In this document: in pieces, positions 1-10,400 of the stretch | How the letters are laid out: each line of letters starts with the position of its first letter | Numbering within the stretch: the stretch's first letter is position 1 | Assembly: GCA_051747585.1 (NCBI GenBank) | Contig: JBNJGH010000043.1 | Span: 1 to 25,427, forward strand | Origin: Candidatus Rifleibacteriota bacterium | Lineage (GTDB): Bacteria; Muiribacteriota; Ozemobacteria; Ozemobacterales; Ozemobacteraceae | Length of the DNA: 25,427 nt | Direction: 5' to 3' | Made by a program: the position numbers and the translations under genes | The notes under the pieces: model-generated | What the model saw: only the letters and a program-made list of their open reading frames with translations | Told to the model about the DNA's origin: nothing | Databases searched by the model: none

Positions 1-347
1 GAACTAACTTTTGAAAGTTCAATTTCTCTTTTAAACAGCCTGGCTTCAGCGGGATACTGCAAATCACTGGTAGCATCAAAGTCTATGTCTGCTTCGCCCA
101 GGGGGTATCTTGAAACCGGGGAGACATTGTGATCAACAATCTCTTCAAGGCTGTCATAGCCAAAGCCTCTGAAAATTTCTATGGGTTCGCGGGCCAGAGA
201 AAAAGCAAGGAATTCGTAGTAAGCATCCATCGAGCCCTCGTTGGATGCTTTATTCATCCATAAAATCGAAAGTATCGCGATTGAAAGAAAAGCCATCGCA
301 ATTACTATTTCGAGCATGGTAAAAGCTTTTTTTCTTTGTTTTACCAT
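1..347 (-). CDS. Prepilin-type N-terminal cleavage/methylation protein (pilin/pseudopilin-like), 3' end outside the window
   Basis: Not in the ORF track. Manual translation from ATG at 347 gives MVKQRKKA|FTMLEIVIAMAFLSIAILSILWMN..., a class III signal (basic leader, A|F, E at +5, hydrophobic helix). The frame stays open to the window edge. Confidence 0.85.
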   Translation of the reverse strand, partial: MVKQRKKAFTMLEIVIAMAFLSIAILSILWMNKASNEGSMDAYYEFLAFSLAREPIEIFRGFGYDSLEEIVDHNVSPVSRYPLGEADIDFDATSDLQYPAEARLFKREIELSKVS

Positions 348-2450
348 CTAGTCATGCTCCACCATTCTTTGAAAATTGACCCAGCGGGAAATATTTATCT
401 GAAAAACATCTTTACCGGGTTTTAAGGCAGGGTCGTATTCAATTTTATGTTCTACTCCTGCTCCTTTTTTCCATTCATCCATTCGAAGCATATCTACGGC
501 CAGCGAGCCTTTCAAATTCAGTGGTTCAAGTGCTTTTATGTGCCCGCCATAGTAGTTGTTTCGTCCCATGCTTACCAGAGAAACTTCTATTAAATCACTT
601 GTTTTAATAGTAATTGGAGAGCCGCGAGTTACAAGCACACACAGACTGTCATCTTCAGTTTTTTCTATGCCGGAACTGATCGTTATGCTCGGGGCGATTA
701 TTACCCCCTGGCCGTTAATTTCTACCGGTCCACCGCTTCCGCCAATTTCCAGGGGTTCGGAAGTTTCAATGATTCCACGAAGATTAAGCTTCTTTTCATC
801 CGGATTGTAAATTCCAAATTTTTTAAGCTGTGCGTTAGTTACTTTTCGTCGAATCCAAAGATTTACATGAGCATAAGGAACAGATGCATCAAGTGGATTG
901 TCATATATGTTAGTTGCACGATAATTAAAGAACTTTGGTTGAGGGTAGCTATGACTTGAGTCTTCGTTATAGGTAGACTCTTCATCAAGAATCGAAAGTA
1001 CCTCAGGGTATGAATTTGCGTAATTACTGGCAATGTAATCATATTTAATCATTGATCTTAAATCATTTGTGCCTGGAACTTCACTAATTTCTTCGTTCTT
1101 GAATACCGGATATACTTCTTCTTTAAAATCTTGTACAATATCGGGATAATCACTGAATGGAAGTGTGTCGCTTTCATCACTGAAGCCTTCTTCCCATTCT
1201 GCGTAAATAGTGGCATCACTGAGGTCGACATAAAAATAACCAAAATGGAAAAATCTTTGCCTTACATCTCCTTCAAGAAAGTCAGATAGCTTGTTTTCCG
1301 GTAGAATTTTTATTCCGGAATAAAAATTCGGATAGGGATCCAGGCCTTCTGATATTTGTTTGCCGCTGTTAGTAAGGTATCGATAATTTTTTCGTTTAGC
1401 ATCACTTATGCCATCATCTGTGCAGGGATATTTCTGGTAGGCAAAAACTCCCTTGTGCCCGTACATATCGAAGTCTTCAAAGTCGCCACCTTCATCTTCA
1501 ATATGATCTTTAACTTCTTTTTCAACAAAGCTTTCTAAACTTGGGAAAATCTGATTGGTGGCATTTTCGTCTACCACAAGAATTTCTGGCTCTTCAAGGG
1601 GCGTGGGTATAAAATCTTTTCTTGCCTCATCAATATTGAGGTAAACGTAGTCACCCGAAGTGTTGCCCAGAAAGATCTTTCCGCATTCTGCAAATGAAAG
1701 GCCGGTTTGATCAATCGTAAGTTGCCACTTCTCAGGGTTAAGGCTGTAACCCTGAGTTGTTTCAAACTCCTTTTGCCCGTTGCGGATAAAAAGAGCGTAA
1801 TCAAGAACATAATTCTGAGCGTATTCATTTCGTTGGTTGCCATTGTCGCGCTTCGTTATCATGGAAACAACTTTGTAATCGTGATGGCGGGTAATATGGC
1901 AGGCACTTTTAATCTGTTTTTTAAATTCGTCTTTAGGTGTTACTGAAACCTTAATTTCAAGGGTCCCTAATCCCTCTTTGTCGCCATAGTATTTTCCGGT
2001 GCCGGTTGAGTCTTTATTACGAAAATCTATTAATCTGGCTTTGGCTTCAATATTGAATTTCTGTCCGTTTAAAATGTTCTGGGCCTGGGCGCGGGTAAGA
2101 GAAACATCTATCTCTTTTCCTTTGCTGTCTTTGTTATTCAAAGACATGGTTGTGCAATCAATCTCGTTTCTGCGATTGACGATGTCGTCAAAAAAGGCGC
2201 CGTCTTCATTCTGAGTTTGTTGATAGATGTAGAGGAATGCTTCATCCATGGCCGACTCAGCCAACTGGCGCGCAATTTCGGATGCCTGAAAGCGAAAAGC
2301 GTCTGACTGTGCCTGGCGAGACATATAGTGAAATTGGACTGCAAGCATGCCAATTATAATCATGACAAACAGAGCAGTAAACATGGCTATGCCGCGTTTG
2401 CAGTTTTTCCTCTGAAAAAGGATTGTTGAACCCTCTGCAAAAATCTTCAT
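348..2450 (-). CDS. Large PilX/GspK-like minor pilin or pseudopilin (700 aa)
   Basis: N-terminus KRG|IAMFTALFVMIIIGML...ARQLAESAMDEA resembles the PilX-type N-terminus (no E5). Its stop abuts the ATG of the pilin-like gene. Confidence 0.65.
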   Translation of the reverse strand: MKIFAEGSTILFQRKNCKRGIAMFTALFVMIIIGMLAVQFHYMSRQAQSDAFRFQASEIARQLAESAMDEAFLYIYQQTQNEDGAFFDDIVNRRNEIDCTTMSLNNKDSKGKEIDVSLTRAQAQNILNGQKFNIEAKARLIDFRNKDSTGTGKYYGDKEGLGTLEIKVSVTPKDEFKKQIKSACHITRHHDYKVVSMITKRDNGNQRNEYAQNYVLDYALFIRNGQKEFETTQGYSLNPEKWQLTIDQTGLSFAECGKIFLGNTSGDYVYLNIDEARKDFIPTPLEEPEILVVDENATNQIFPSLESFVEKEVKDHIEDEGGDFEDFDMYGHKGVFAYQKYPCTDDGISDAKRKNYRYLTNSGKQISEGLDPYPNFYSGIKILPENKLSDFLEGDVRQRFFHFGYFYVDLSDATIYAEWEEGFSDESDTLPFSDYPDIVQDFKEEVYPVFKNEEISEVPGTNDLRSMIKYDYIASNYANSYPEVLSILDEESTYNEDSSHSYPQPKFFNYRATNIYDNPLDASVPYAHVNLWIRRKVTNAQLKKFGIYNPDEKKLNLRGIIETSEPLEIGGSGGPVEINGQGVIIAPSITISSGIEKTEDDSLCVLVTRGSPITIKTSDLIEVSLVSMGRNNYYGGHIKALEPLNLKGSLAVDMLRMDEWKKGAGVEHKIEYDPALKPGKDVFQINISRWVNFQRMVEHD

Positions 2451-2501
2451 ACTTTCAGTTTACTATTAAATTATAATGCAGGCAAGTAAACAGGTCAGGG
2501 T

Positions 2502-2836
2502 CAGCAATTCTCGGTCAGTGACCATCAGTTGGTTTCAGAAAAGAAAATAACCACAGAGCGCACAGAGAACACAGAGATTTTTTTTCAGCCATTGTTTCCT
2601 TCTTCATCAAGCCTTCAGAAAAGCACTCGTGTTTTTCTGAAGGCTTGATGAAGAAGGAAAAGCCGGGCGGTGAAACCGCCGGCTATTTGTCCACAGGACA
2701 AATCCTGGCTGAAAAAGATTAAAAAATCAACTCTGTGCCCTCGGTGGCCTCAGTGGTTTAAATTCTATATTTGACAGAAAGAAATAAAACCAGAACTTTT
2801 TGTAACCAGCTAATAATGATTGACCGAGAATTCCTG
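2502..2836. mobile_element. Non-autonomous MITE (335 bp) with TIRs and a 9-bp target-site duplication, carrying nested palindromes
   Basis: Left end CAGCAATTCTCGGTCA (2502-2517) matches the right-end reverse complement CAGGAATTCTCGGTCA (2821-2836) at 15/16, with imperfect extension to ~40 bp. GGTCAGGGT is duplicated at 2493-2501 and 2837-2845. Confidence 0.85.
2549..2758. repeat. Nested REP-like palindromic element: CACAGAG-type arms, inner 28-bp perfect inverted repeat, two small hairpins
   Basis: AACCACAGAGCGCACAGAGAACACAGAG (2549-2576) pairs imperfectly with CTCTGTGCCCTCGGTGGCCTCAGTGGTT (2731-2758). TTTTTCAGCCA (2581-2591) pairs with TGGCTGAAAAA (2706-2716). Perfect 28-bp IR at 2595-2622/2633-2660. 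Hairpins at 2661-2684 and 2685-2703. Confidence 0.85.
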
Positions 2837-2916
2837 GGTCAGGGTAGAAATTTATTTTAGAGCGTGGTAAGTTTTTTTAGATTAATTTTTTGTATAAACT
2901 TTTAATGGAGATAAAA

Positions 2917-3852
2917 ATGACAGAGGAAAAAAAATATCGACTGGTTACCCGAAGCGATTTTGATGGACTGGTTTGTGCCGTATTATTTAAAGAAATGGAT
3001 ATGATAGATGATATTAAATTTGTTCATCCAAAAGATATGCAGGATGGCAAAATTGAAATTACCGGACGGGATATAACCACTAACCTGCCTTATGTCGAAG
3101 GCGCGCATCTGGTTTTTGATCATCATTTGAGTGAAACTATCAGAAATCAGGGTAAAAAAGATAATCACATTATAGACCCTGATGCCAAGTCTGCGGCTAG
3201 AGTCGTTTACAACTATTATGGCGGCAAAGAAAAATTTCCCAGAATCAGCGAAGAAATGATGGAAGCTGTTGACAAGGCTGATGCTGCTCAATTTAGTCTC
3301 GATGAGATTTTACACCCCAAAGACTGGGTTCTTCTAAATTATCTGATGGATCCCCGCACCGGGCTGGGGCGTTTCAGAACTTTTAGAATTTCAAACTATC
3401 AGCTGATGATGAAGCTTATTGACTGTTGCAGAGATATGACAATCAGTGAGATTCTCGAAATGCCTGACGTTAAAGCCAGGGTAGAACTTTATTTTGAGCA
3501 GGAAGAAAAATTTAAAGAACAGCTTAAAAGATGTTCAAAGATTTATAAAAATCTCATTGTTCTCGATCTTCGTGATGAAGAGATTATTCATGCAGGTAAC
3601 AGATTTATGATTTACGCTCTGTATCCTGATTGTAATATTTCCATCCATATTCTCTGGGGATTCAGAAAACAAAATACGGTATTTGCCGTCGGAAAATCAA
3701 TTGTTAATCGCAGCTCAAAAACAAATGTGGGCGAGCTGATGCTTAAATATGGCGGCGGTGGACACCATGCTGCAGGAACCTGCCAGATCGACCATGATAA
3801 AGCACCGCAGGTATTGCAGGAACTCATTGAGCAAATTAATCAGGATGGCTGA
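2917..3852 (+). CDS. DHH/DHHA1-family phosphoesterase (exopolyphosphatase-like / NanoRNase-pAp phosphatase-like)
   Basis: Motifs RSDFDG, FDHH and C-terminal GGGGHHAAG. ATG at 2917 with GGAG at 2907-2910 is preferred over the TTG at 2890. Confidence 0.85.
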   Translation: MTEEKKYRLVTRSDFDGLVCAVLFKEMDMIDDIKFVHPKDMQDGKIEITGRDITTNLPYVEGAHLVFDHHLSETIRNQGKKDNHIIDPDAKSAARVVYNYYGGKEKFPRISEEMMEAVDKADAAQFSLDEILHPKDWVLLNYLMDPRTGLGRFRTFRISNYQLMMKLIDCCRDMTISEILEMPDVKARVELYFEQEEKFKEQLKRCSKIYKNLIVLDLRDEEIIHAGNRFMIYALYPDCNISIHILWGFRKQNTVFAVGKSIVNRSSKTNVGELMLKYGGGGHHAAGTCQIDHDKAPQVLQELIEQINQDG

Positions 3853-3875
3853 TTTCCGCTTTACTTATTTCAGGT

Positions 3876-3929
3876 AATAAAAAACCGCATTGATTACATT
3901 AAAAGGTGTTTTTAATGCGGTTTTTTATT
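3876..3929. terminator. Bidirectional intrinsic terminator between convergent genes
   Basis: AATAAAAAACCGCATT (3876-3891) and AATGCGGTTTTTTATT (3914-3929) form an IR with T-tracts on both strands. Confidence 0.75.
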
Positions 3930-4437
3930 TTTCGGCTTTCCAATCCTGAAGCATTTCTTTTGCTTTTGCCAGCTCTTTGCCTGAAAGTCGAAATTCAAGT
4001 TCCCGTCTTAATCTTTTTGCATCTTTATCGCCCTGCTTTTCTGCAAGAGAATACCAGAAATAGGCTTTAACAGGGTCACTTTCGACGCCTTCACCATTTT
4101 CATACATGGTTCCCAGGCTGAATTGCGCATTCATATAATTTTGTCTGGCAGATTTCTCATACCATTCTGCCGCTTTCTTGTGATCTTTTTCAAAATTCAT
4201 GCCGCAATAGTACATAAAAGCAATGTTTGCTTGAGCTTCGGCATGGCCTTTTTTGGCAGCAGGTAAAAATATTTCAGCGGCTTTTTTAAAATCACCACTT
4301 TGATAAGCTTTGCCGCCTTCTTCCAAGGTTGGTTCTTTTTTGCAACAACCGGTAAAAAAGTAACAGCCAGTTAATAAAAAAACTAATAGTATTTTTGTAA
4401 ATCTTTTGTTTACAGAAAACATCTTCAAGGTCCTCAA
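3925..4437 (-). CDS. Sel1-like repeat (TPR) protein, probable lipoprotein
   Basis: Sel1 motifs GHAEAQANIAFMYYCG and AQFSLGTMYENGEGV..AYFWY..A..QG. Hydrophobic leader with lipobox-like LLTGC/FFTGC. Confidence 0.85.
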   Translation of the reverse strand: MRTLKMFSVNKRFTKILLVFLLTGCYFFTGCCKKEPTLEEGGKAYQSGDFKKAAEIFLPAAKKGHAEAQANIAFMYYCGMNFEKDHKKAAEWYEKSARQNYMNAQFSLGTMYENGEGVESDPVKAYFWYSLAEKQGDKDAKRLRRELEFRLSGKELAKAKEMLQDWKAEK

Positions 4438-4559
4438 AATTTTGATACTTTGAATTTATAGTTTTTTAAGCTGTTTGTAAAGCTTAGTTTATGTGAATTC
4501 TGGCGTAAATCTGTTTAATATTGTATTATTTTCCGAAGTAAAAAAGAATTTGAGGCGGA

Positions 4560-7454
4560 TTGGGTATAATGAAGCGAAGAATAAAAATGGTTTTACCTCT
4601 CATTTTTGCATTCGTTTTAACTCTGATGCCTTATTTATTACTGGAATTTACTCAGTTTCAACGTAATTCAGTGCAGCAAGAGCGCAATCTATATCTCTGG
4701 GAACAAAAAGCCAATAATTATCTTCAATTTTTTTCAATTCTCTGGTCTTATGAGTTGCAGTTAAAAAGGCGTATGATGGTTTTTCGCCGAAACCAGGGTG
4801 ATAAAATCATTAAAAGCAATGACCCGGCAAAAGCATTTGCCGCCGAGTTGAAAAAAAGATTTCCTGAAAGCTGGTTGCCTCTTGTTTCTTATGCAGGTAT
4901 ATGTGACTCCGATGGTGAAAATTTCAAACTTTTCAAGGGTGATTTGTTTGGAAATAGTCAGCGTTTTGTTTTCAAAACTATCCTCTCTGCCCTTGCTGGC
5001 GATTCCGAGCCGCAGGGATATCAAAAGAAACAACTCGATACATTTGTAAGCGGCAGACTTAAAAATGATTTAAATTTTGATTTAATAAAAAAGTATCGGC
5101 GCGGAAAAATTTGCTACGTAAAATACAAAAAGCAGAACCGTCTCATGATCTGGGATAAGATTCAAAATGGTAATAAAAAAATTGTTTATTGTTGTTTTTT
5201 TAAAAATGAATTATTAAGCGTTGATGAATCTTTGAAACTGGCATTGAAAATGTTGTCCGGGCCTTTTCCTGATGTTGATGCGGCGCTGGTTCCCGTAGAA
5301 AACAGGCTGCCCGATTATGATCCTGTTACCATCGATAACTTTGGTTCCCAGAGGGTAATGTCCGAGCTTCTTCTAAAAGAACAAGAGGGAGTATCGAGAA
5401 AAGAGCTGTTACCTGTTGGAAAAGTGGTTAAACACAGTGATTCCAACGTCATTCGTGGATTTGTCGCTTCTAGAATACCCTATGAGATCTGGCTGTTTAA
5501 ACCACCGGAAAAGAAAATTGTCAACGAGGCTGAAAAATTTATTTTCCTTTTTCGACTGGGTTTCTTCTCTATCTGGCTTTTATTTTTTACCCGGGTTCTT
5601 ATAACCGCTAAACCTCTTGGCTTAAGTATTTCAGGTTGGCTGAGTTTTATTTTTATTGCCATTGGAATATTGCCGTTGATAGTTCTTTATATCGCTGGTA
5701 CATATCATCTGGAGTCTTCGGCCTTTCGTTATGAACAGCAGACCTTGAAAAATATTATAAGGCAGTTTGAAGAAGCCGACGTGTCGGGTGGTTCAATTTT
5801 AACTGAATTTAGAAGACTTTGTCGAAAAATAGAAAGCCGGCCTTTCTGGAAAAAGGCTCTGGTAAAATGGGATCCCCAGGAGTGGAAAAAAGCCTTGAAA
5901 AAAGTCCCTGAATTGTTTGCAAAAAGTGGGCTTGAGTTAAGTTTTTGTTGCATTTATCCGCCTCCTGTAGCTGAATTAGAAATTCCTTATTATGACAGCG
6001 GTTTTGGCAAAAAACTTTCAAAGCGTGACAAGCATTTGGCCAGTTTTTATTATAACTGGGTAATGAAGTCATATTTTAATTTAAATCCCGATTTGACTTT
6101 TGGTAAGGATTTCCAAATGGAATTTTTTGAAGGCAAGGAAGGAGAAGAAATTCTTCGTCTCTTTATGGGAAATCGGGCGGATAGCGATTATTTTGAAATG
6201 GGCAACCAGCGCCAGTTTTTTTATCAGAATTTTATCATGAAAGACGGTATGATTCGTAACTGGTATTTTTTCAAAGCAGATGTTGTTGCACCTTTTCGCA
6301 ACTATCTCAAAGCCAAGGTAACCGATTGGAATGATATTAACAAAAATACGAATTTTGGTCTGGCAAAAGTAGACTATCCCGACTCGAAAACTATTCTACC
6401 CAAAAGCACGGGGAACAATAGAGATTTTATCCGTTTAAACAATCATGCCAGTCATTTAATTGAATTGGCAGCATCAACCAATTCCAGAATATTCAAGCAG
6501 AATGAAAATACCATGGTGGTTGTTTATCCTTGCCGCAAATCAGGTAATTTTATCTTAGCGGCGGTTATAGCATTTAGAGATATGCATGAGCGCATAAGAA
6601 CCCAAAGCTATATTCTGGCTTTAATTCTGATATTGTTAACAATTCCGGTATTTTTTATATCCCGATTTATCGCGACTTATCTGGTTAGACCGCTCAAGGC
6701 AGTTGAGGCCGGTTTAACCAGAGTTGCCGATCAGAACTTTACCTCGAGAATAAGTCTCAATAGACAGGATGAGCTGGGAACCCTGGCTGATGCTTTCGAT
6801 AAAATGGTTGATGGAATTATTGAAAGGCATAATTTAGGCAGATTTGTTTCTGCGGGTCTGGATAATAAAATCGCGAGCGAAGATAATGTAATCGCAAACC
6901 AGTGGGAAAAAAATTATGCAGCTGTTTTATGCCTCGATATAAGGGGTTTTACTACCCTCAGCGAAAAATATCTTGTTAGAGATATAGTTTCGATGTTAAA
7001 CGAGCATCTTTCCGAAATGGCGTTATGCATAACCAAAAGTGGAGGATTGATCGAGCAGTTTATTGGTGATGCCATTCTGGCCGTTTTTCCCGGTGAGGAT
7101 GAAAAACAAGCGGCTAATAAAGCTATTAGAGCGGCTATGCGTATGATGGCGGCTCACAATAAACTGGTCGAAAAAAGAAATAATGAAGGAAAATTTGTCT
7201 ATAAAGTGGGAATTGGGATTGAAGTGGGACAAATAGTTTCGGGAGTTGTTCAACTGGGCGACAAAAGCGAATATGTCATGATTGGCACTTCGAGAAGCCG
7301 CTCAGAAGAACTTGAATCTCAATCTAAACAGGGTAGAGCTTCAAGAATAATTTGTTCTGAAAAGGTTAAAAATCTTACGGATGATTATAGTTTTATAAAA
7401 CTCCCTGATGGCGATGGCTGGGAAATTGTTCTTCCGGAGGATCAGGAAGTATGA
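4560..7454 (+). CDS. Membrane-bound HAMP + class III cyclase-domain protein, C1-like half (metal-binding Asp pair only)
   Basis: About four TM segments, HAMP (RPLKAV...DELGTLADAFDKM), cyclase motifs LDIRGFT and FIGDA. The specificity Lys and catalytic Asn/Arg are replaced. Confidence 0.85.
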   Translation: MGIMKRRIKMVLPLIFAFVLTLMPYLLLEFTQFQRNSVQQERNLYLWEQKANNYLQFFSILWSYELQLKRRMMVFRRNQGDKIIKSNDPAKAFAAELKKRFPESWLPLVSYAGICDSDGENFKLFKGDLFGNSQRFVFKTILSALAGDSEPQGYQKKQLDTFVSGRLKNDLNFDLIKKYRRGKICYVKYKKQNRLMIWDKIQNGNKKIVYCCFFKNELLSVDESLKLALKMLSGPFPDVDAALVPVENRLPDYDPVTIDNFGSQRVMSELLLKEQEGVSRKELLPVGKVVKHSDSNVIRGFVASRIPYEIWLFKPPEKKIVNEAEKFIFLFRLGFFSIWLLFFTRVLITAKPLGLSISGWLSFIFIAIGILPLIVLYIAGTYHLESSAFRYEQQTLKNIIRQFEEADVSGGSILTEFRRLCRKIESRPFWKKALVKWDPQEWKKALKKVPELFAKSGLELSFCCIYPPPVAELEIPYYDSGFGKKLSKRDKHLASFYYNWVMKSYFNLNPDLTFGKDFQMEFFEGKEGEEILRLFMGNRADSDYFEMGNQRQFFYQNFIMKDGMIRNWYFFKADVVAPFRNYLKAKVTDWNDINKNTNFGLAKVDYPDSKTILPKSTGNNRDFIRLNNHASHLIELAASTNSRIFKQNENTMVVVYPCRKSGNFILAAVIAFRDMHERIRTQSYILALILILLTIPVFFISRFIATYLVRPLKAVEAGLTRVADQNFTSRISLNRQDELGTLADAFDKMVDGIIERHNLGRFVSAGLDNKIASEDNVIANQWEKNYAAVLCLDIRGFTTLSEKYLVRDIVSMLNEHLSEMALCITKSGGLIEQFIGDAILAVFPGEDEKQAANKAIRAAMRMMAAHNKLVEKRNNEGKFVYKVGIGIEVGQIVSGVVQLGDKSEYVMIGTSRSRSEELESQSKQGRASRIICSEKVKNLTDDYSFIKLPDGDGWEIVLPEDQEV

Positions 7455-10400
7455 AACTACCCAGATTGCTTGCTGTCATAAGTTCCTTTGTATTTATTTT
7501 TATTTTAATCCTTATTTTGCAGGGCAATATCAGCAGAAGCGAAAAAAGTTCTGAAGATTTTATCAGTCAGGCTTATACAATCTGCGAGGAAATGCAATAT
7601 AAAGCAGATGTTGATCTTCAGATACAGCAATGGTTCGCAAAATTTCGCGAAGAATTGAATGAAAAGCCTGGAACATATTTTCAAGGATGGAAAGAACCGG
7701 AATTTCTTGCTCATAATTTGCCACCCCATACCCTGGCAATTGCTGAAGCCAGTGAAGATGGTAGAATGCTGAGATTTGCAAATATAAAAGGAAATATGAA
7801 AGAAGGGTTGGCAGAACTCTTTGTTCTTCTTTCAGTTAAATACAAGGTTAAATTTTCTGATTACATCCTTAAAAAAGAGTTCTCAGACAAACTTGAAGAA
7901 TGTAATGACCTGCTTCAGGATTTTATCGGTTTTGATGCTGCCAGGATGAATATGATTGTGCTGCGCTCCTCAAGAATGTCTGTGTATAACGATGTAGACC
8001 ATAGAAATGTCTGGTTTTACTGGGACAGGTTTCAAAAAAAGGGCGGGGGCGAATTTTTTATTTTCAGCAAAATACGAGTAGAAGATCTCGAGCCTTATTA
8101 TGCTTATAGATCATACCTTAAAAACAATCTCTACCAGAGATTTTCCTGCGCTTATTACAATGAAGAAAAAAGAACTTTTATTGCCAGTCGAGATTTTGAG
8201 AGGAAGGTAGATGAGGATAGTCTCAAGGCTATAAGCAGAGCTGCTGCCAGTATTGAAAAGAAACATGCTGATCAGTCTGAAATGCAGTTTACCCGTTTGA
8301 AAACCAAAAGTAAGCTTATTATTCTGGGCAGATACATTGGAATGGCAGGCCTTAGGCCTGTAGTCGCCTTTGATTTGCCTGCCAGAAATTACGGCAAGTT
8401 AGCCGACCCGGCCAAACTGCCCTTTCTGGTTATTCTATCTCTGGTTGTCGTTTTCCTGGTTAATGCTCTTGTTTTTGACCGGGGGCCGGTTGTCAGAGTC
8501 GGTTTTGTGTTGTTGATGGCAATCAGTTTTGCTATTCTAATGCCTTTTTTTCTGGGACAGTCGGTCTTCGATCTAATCTTAAAAGAAGCCTACGAAAAAG
8601 AACGTCTGAAAATTGAAAGGGATTTGCACCAGACTCTTATCGGTATAGACAGCGGATTTAAGTTTAATCAACTTAATTTGGCTCAGCGTATAGAGGAAAT
8701 ATTTAAGCGGCCTGAGATTATCAATAAACTGCATCAGGAAGAAGTTAGCTCTACTAGTGCAGATTTGCAGAATTCAATTACGGCCGAGCTGGTTGAAATT
8801 TTCTTTGCTGACCTGACTGAAGGTTACTCTGAAGTTCCTGAACAATATAGAACATTGAATGCTCTTATTATTGCCGGTCCCAATGGTTTTATAAGATATT
8901 TCAACAAATATCGCGATAAAAAAATCTTTTCAGAAAACACTCTGGATACGATAGAGTCAATGTATATTATTTTAACTACCTTCAAGAATCAATTGTTTAA
9001 ACTTTACCCTGAGGAAAGCTTTGATCCCGAATTTTACCAGCAGCATCAAAAAGATTCCGAAAGCAAAATAGAAAAACTCAAGTTTGAAGAAATTCGTGAT
9101 AAATTGCAGAAATCCCTTGGCCCTGAGAAATTTCACGAAATCATGTACAGCAAAGTTTTAAGTATGACTTTGCGTTCTACATTAGGGCGGACTTTGATTA
9201 CCAGCTATCCAGTAAAATACAAAAATAAATACCGATATTTTGCCAGTGTTGTATGGGATGAATTTTCCGTTTGTCCTACATATTTAAGACGAGCATTTGA
9301 TCTCCGTCTCAAGGCAGATAAAAGAGAAATCGAAGCTTCTGAAAACTCGTTTTTTCAAAAGCTGGACCCGGCAAACTATATTTCAAGAAAGCCTATAGTG
9401 CTTATGGCATACGATGGCTTTCGATTTGATGCTTTTTCTACTCTCGATAATGAGCCACAGGTGTTGAGCAATCTTACCAAAGATACTTATAGAAGTAAGA
9501 TGCTGCTGAAGCACGAAACCTCAGGCAAAGATGCTTCACTTTATGAGATTTTTCCCGGTAAAAACATGTCGGTTTATGTTATTGGTGCTAAACAGAATAT
9601 CACTCATCTGCAACAGATAAGAAGATTGAGAACCAGCACTTTTATTATTGCAATGATTATCTATCTTATCTTTGCCTTTTTTGCGGCAAAAAATCTAAGC
9701 AGATCTTTTACCAGCCCATTGCAGCATATTTTATGGGGTCTGAATAGAGTTGAGAAAAATGATTACTCAGTTCGTCTTAAAGCAAATCGCGAAGATGAGT
9801 TTGGCTCTATTTCGCGGGCGTTTAACAACATGACCCGAAGACTGAGCGAAAAAGATCTGCTGGGCAAATTTGTATCTGATCCGGTTAAGCGCCTGGCTGC
9901 AGATCCTGAACTTTTACTTCAGGCCTGTGAAGGAGTAGAAGAAGAAGTAACTATCGTATTTGCCAGGCTGGAAAATTTTTCTGAGCTTGCTTTACAAACC
10001 AGAGAAGATGAGGCCAGACAGTATCTTGAATTCAGTTTAAGCAAATTTTTCAAGCGAGTCGAAGAATGTGGCGGAGAAATCGATAAGGTTATAGGTTCTC
10101 AGCTTCTGATTGTCTTTTTTCACCGTAAACTTGGCAAGAAAAAGGCTGTTGAAGCAGCCAAAAAACTTGCTGAAACTATTACAAAAGATTTTGCCGGCAA
10201 ACACAGCTTTAAACCTGTTTTCGGTGTCAATATGGGACGGGTCATTTCAGGTATTATCGGCGCTCCTTCAGTAAGAATGGATTATACAATCATAGGTGAT
10301 CCGGTTAATGTGGCTGCTCGATTATGTTCTCTGGCAAACAGTAAAAATCGACCCATAATTATTTCCGGACAGGTTAAAGAAATACTGGGAGAAGATGTTA

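Noticed and set aside
2771..2799. TTGACA inside the MITE as an outward promoter
   Set aside because: No convincing -10 hexamer at 16-18 bp spacing.
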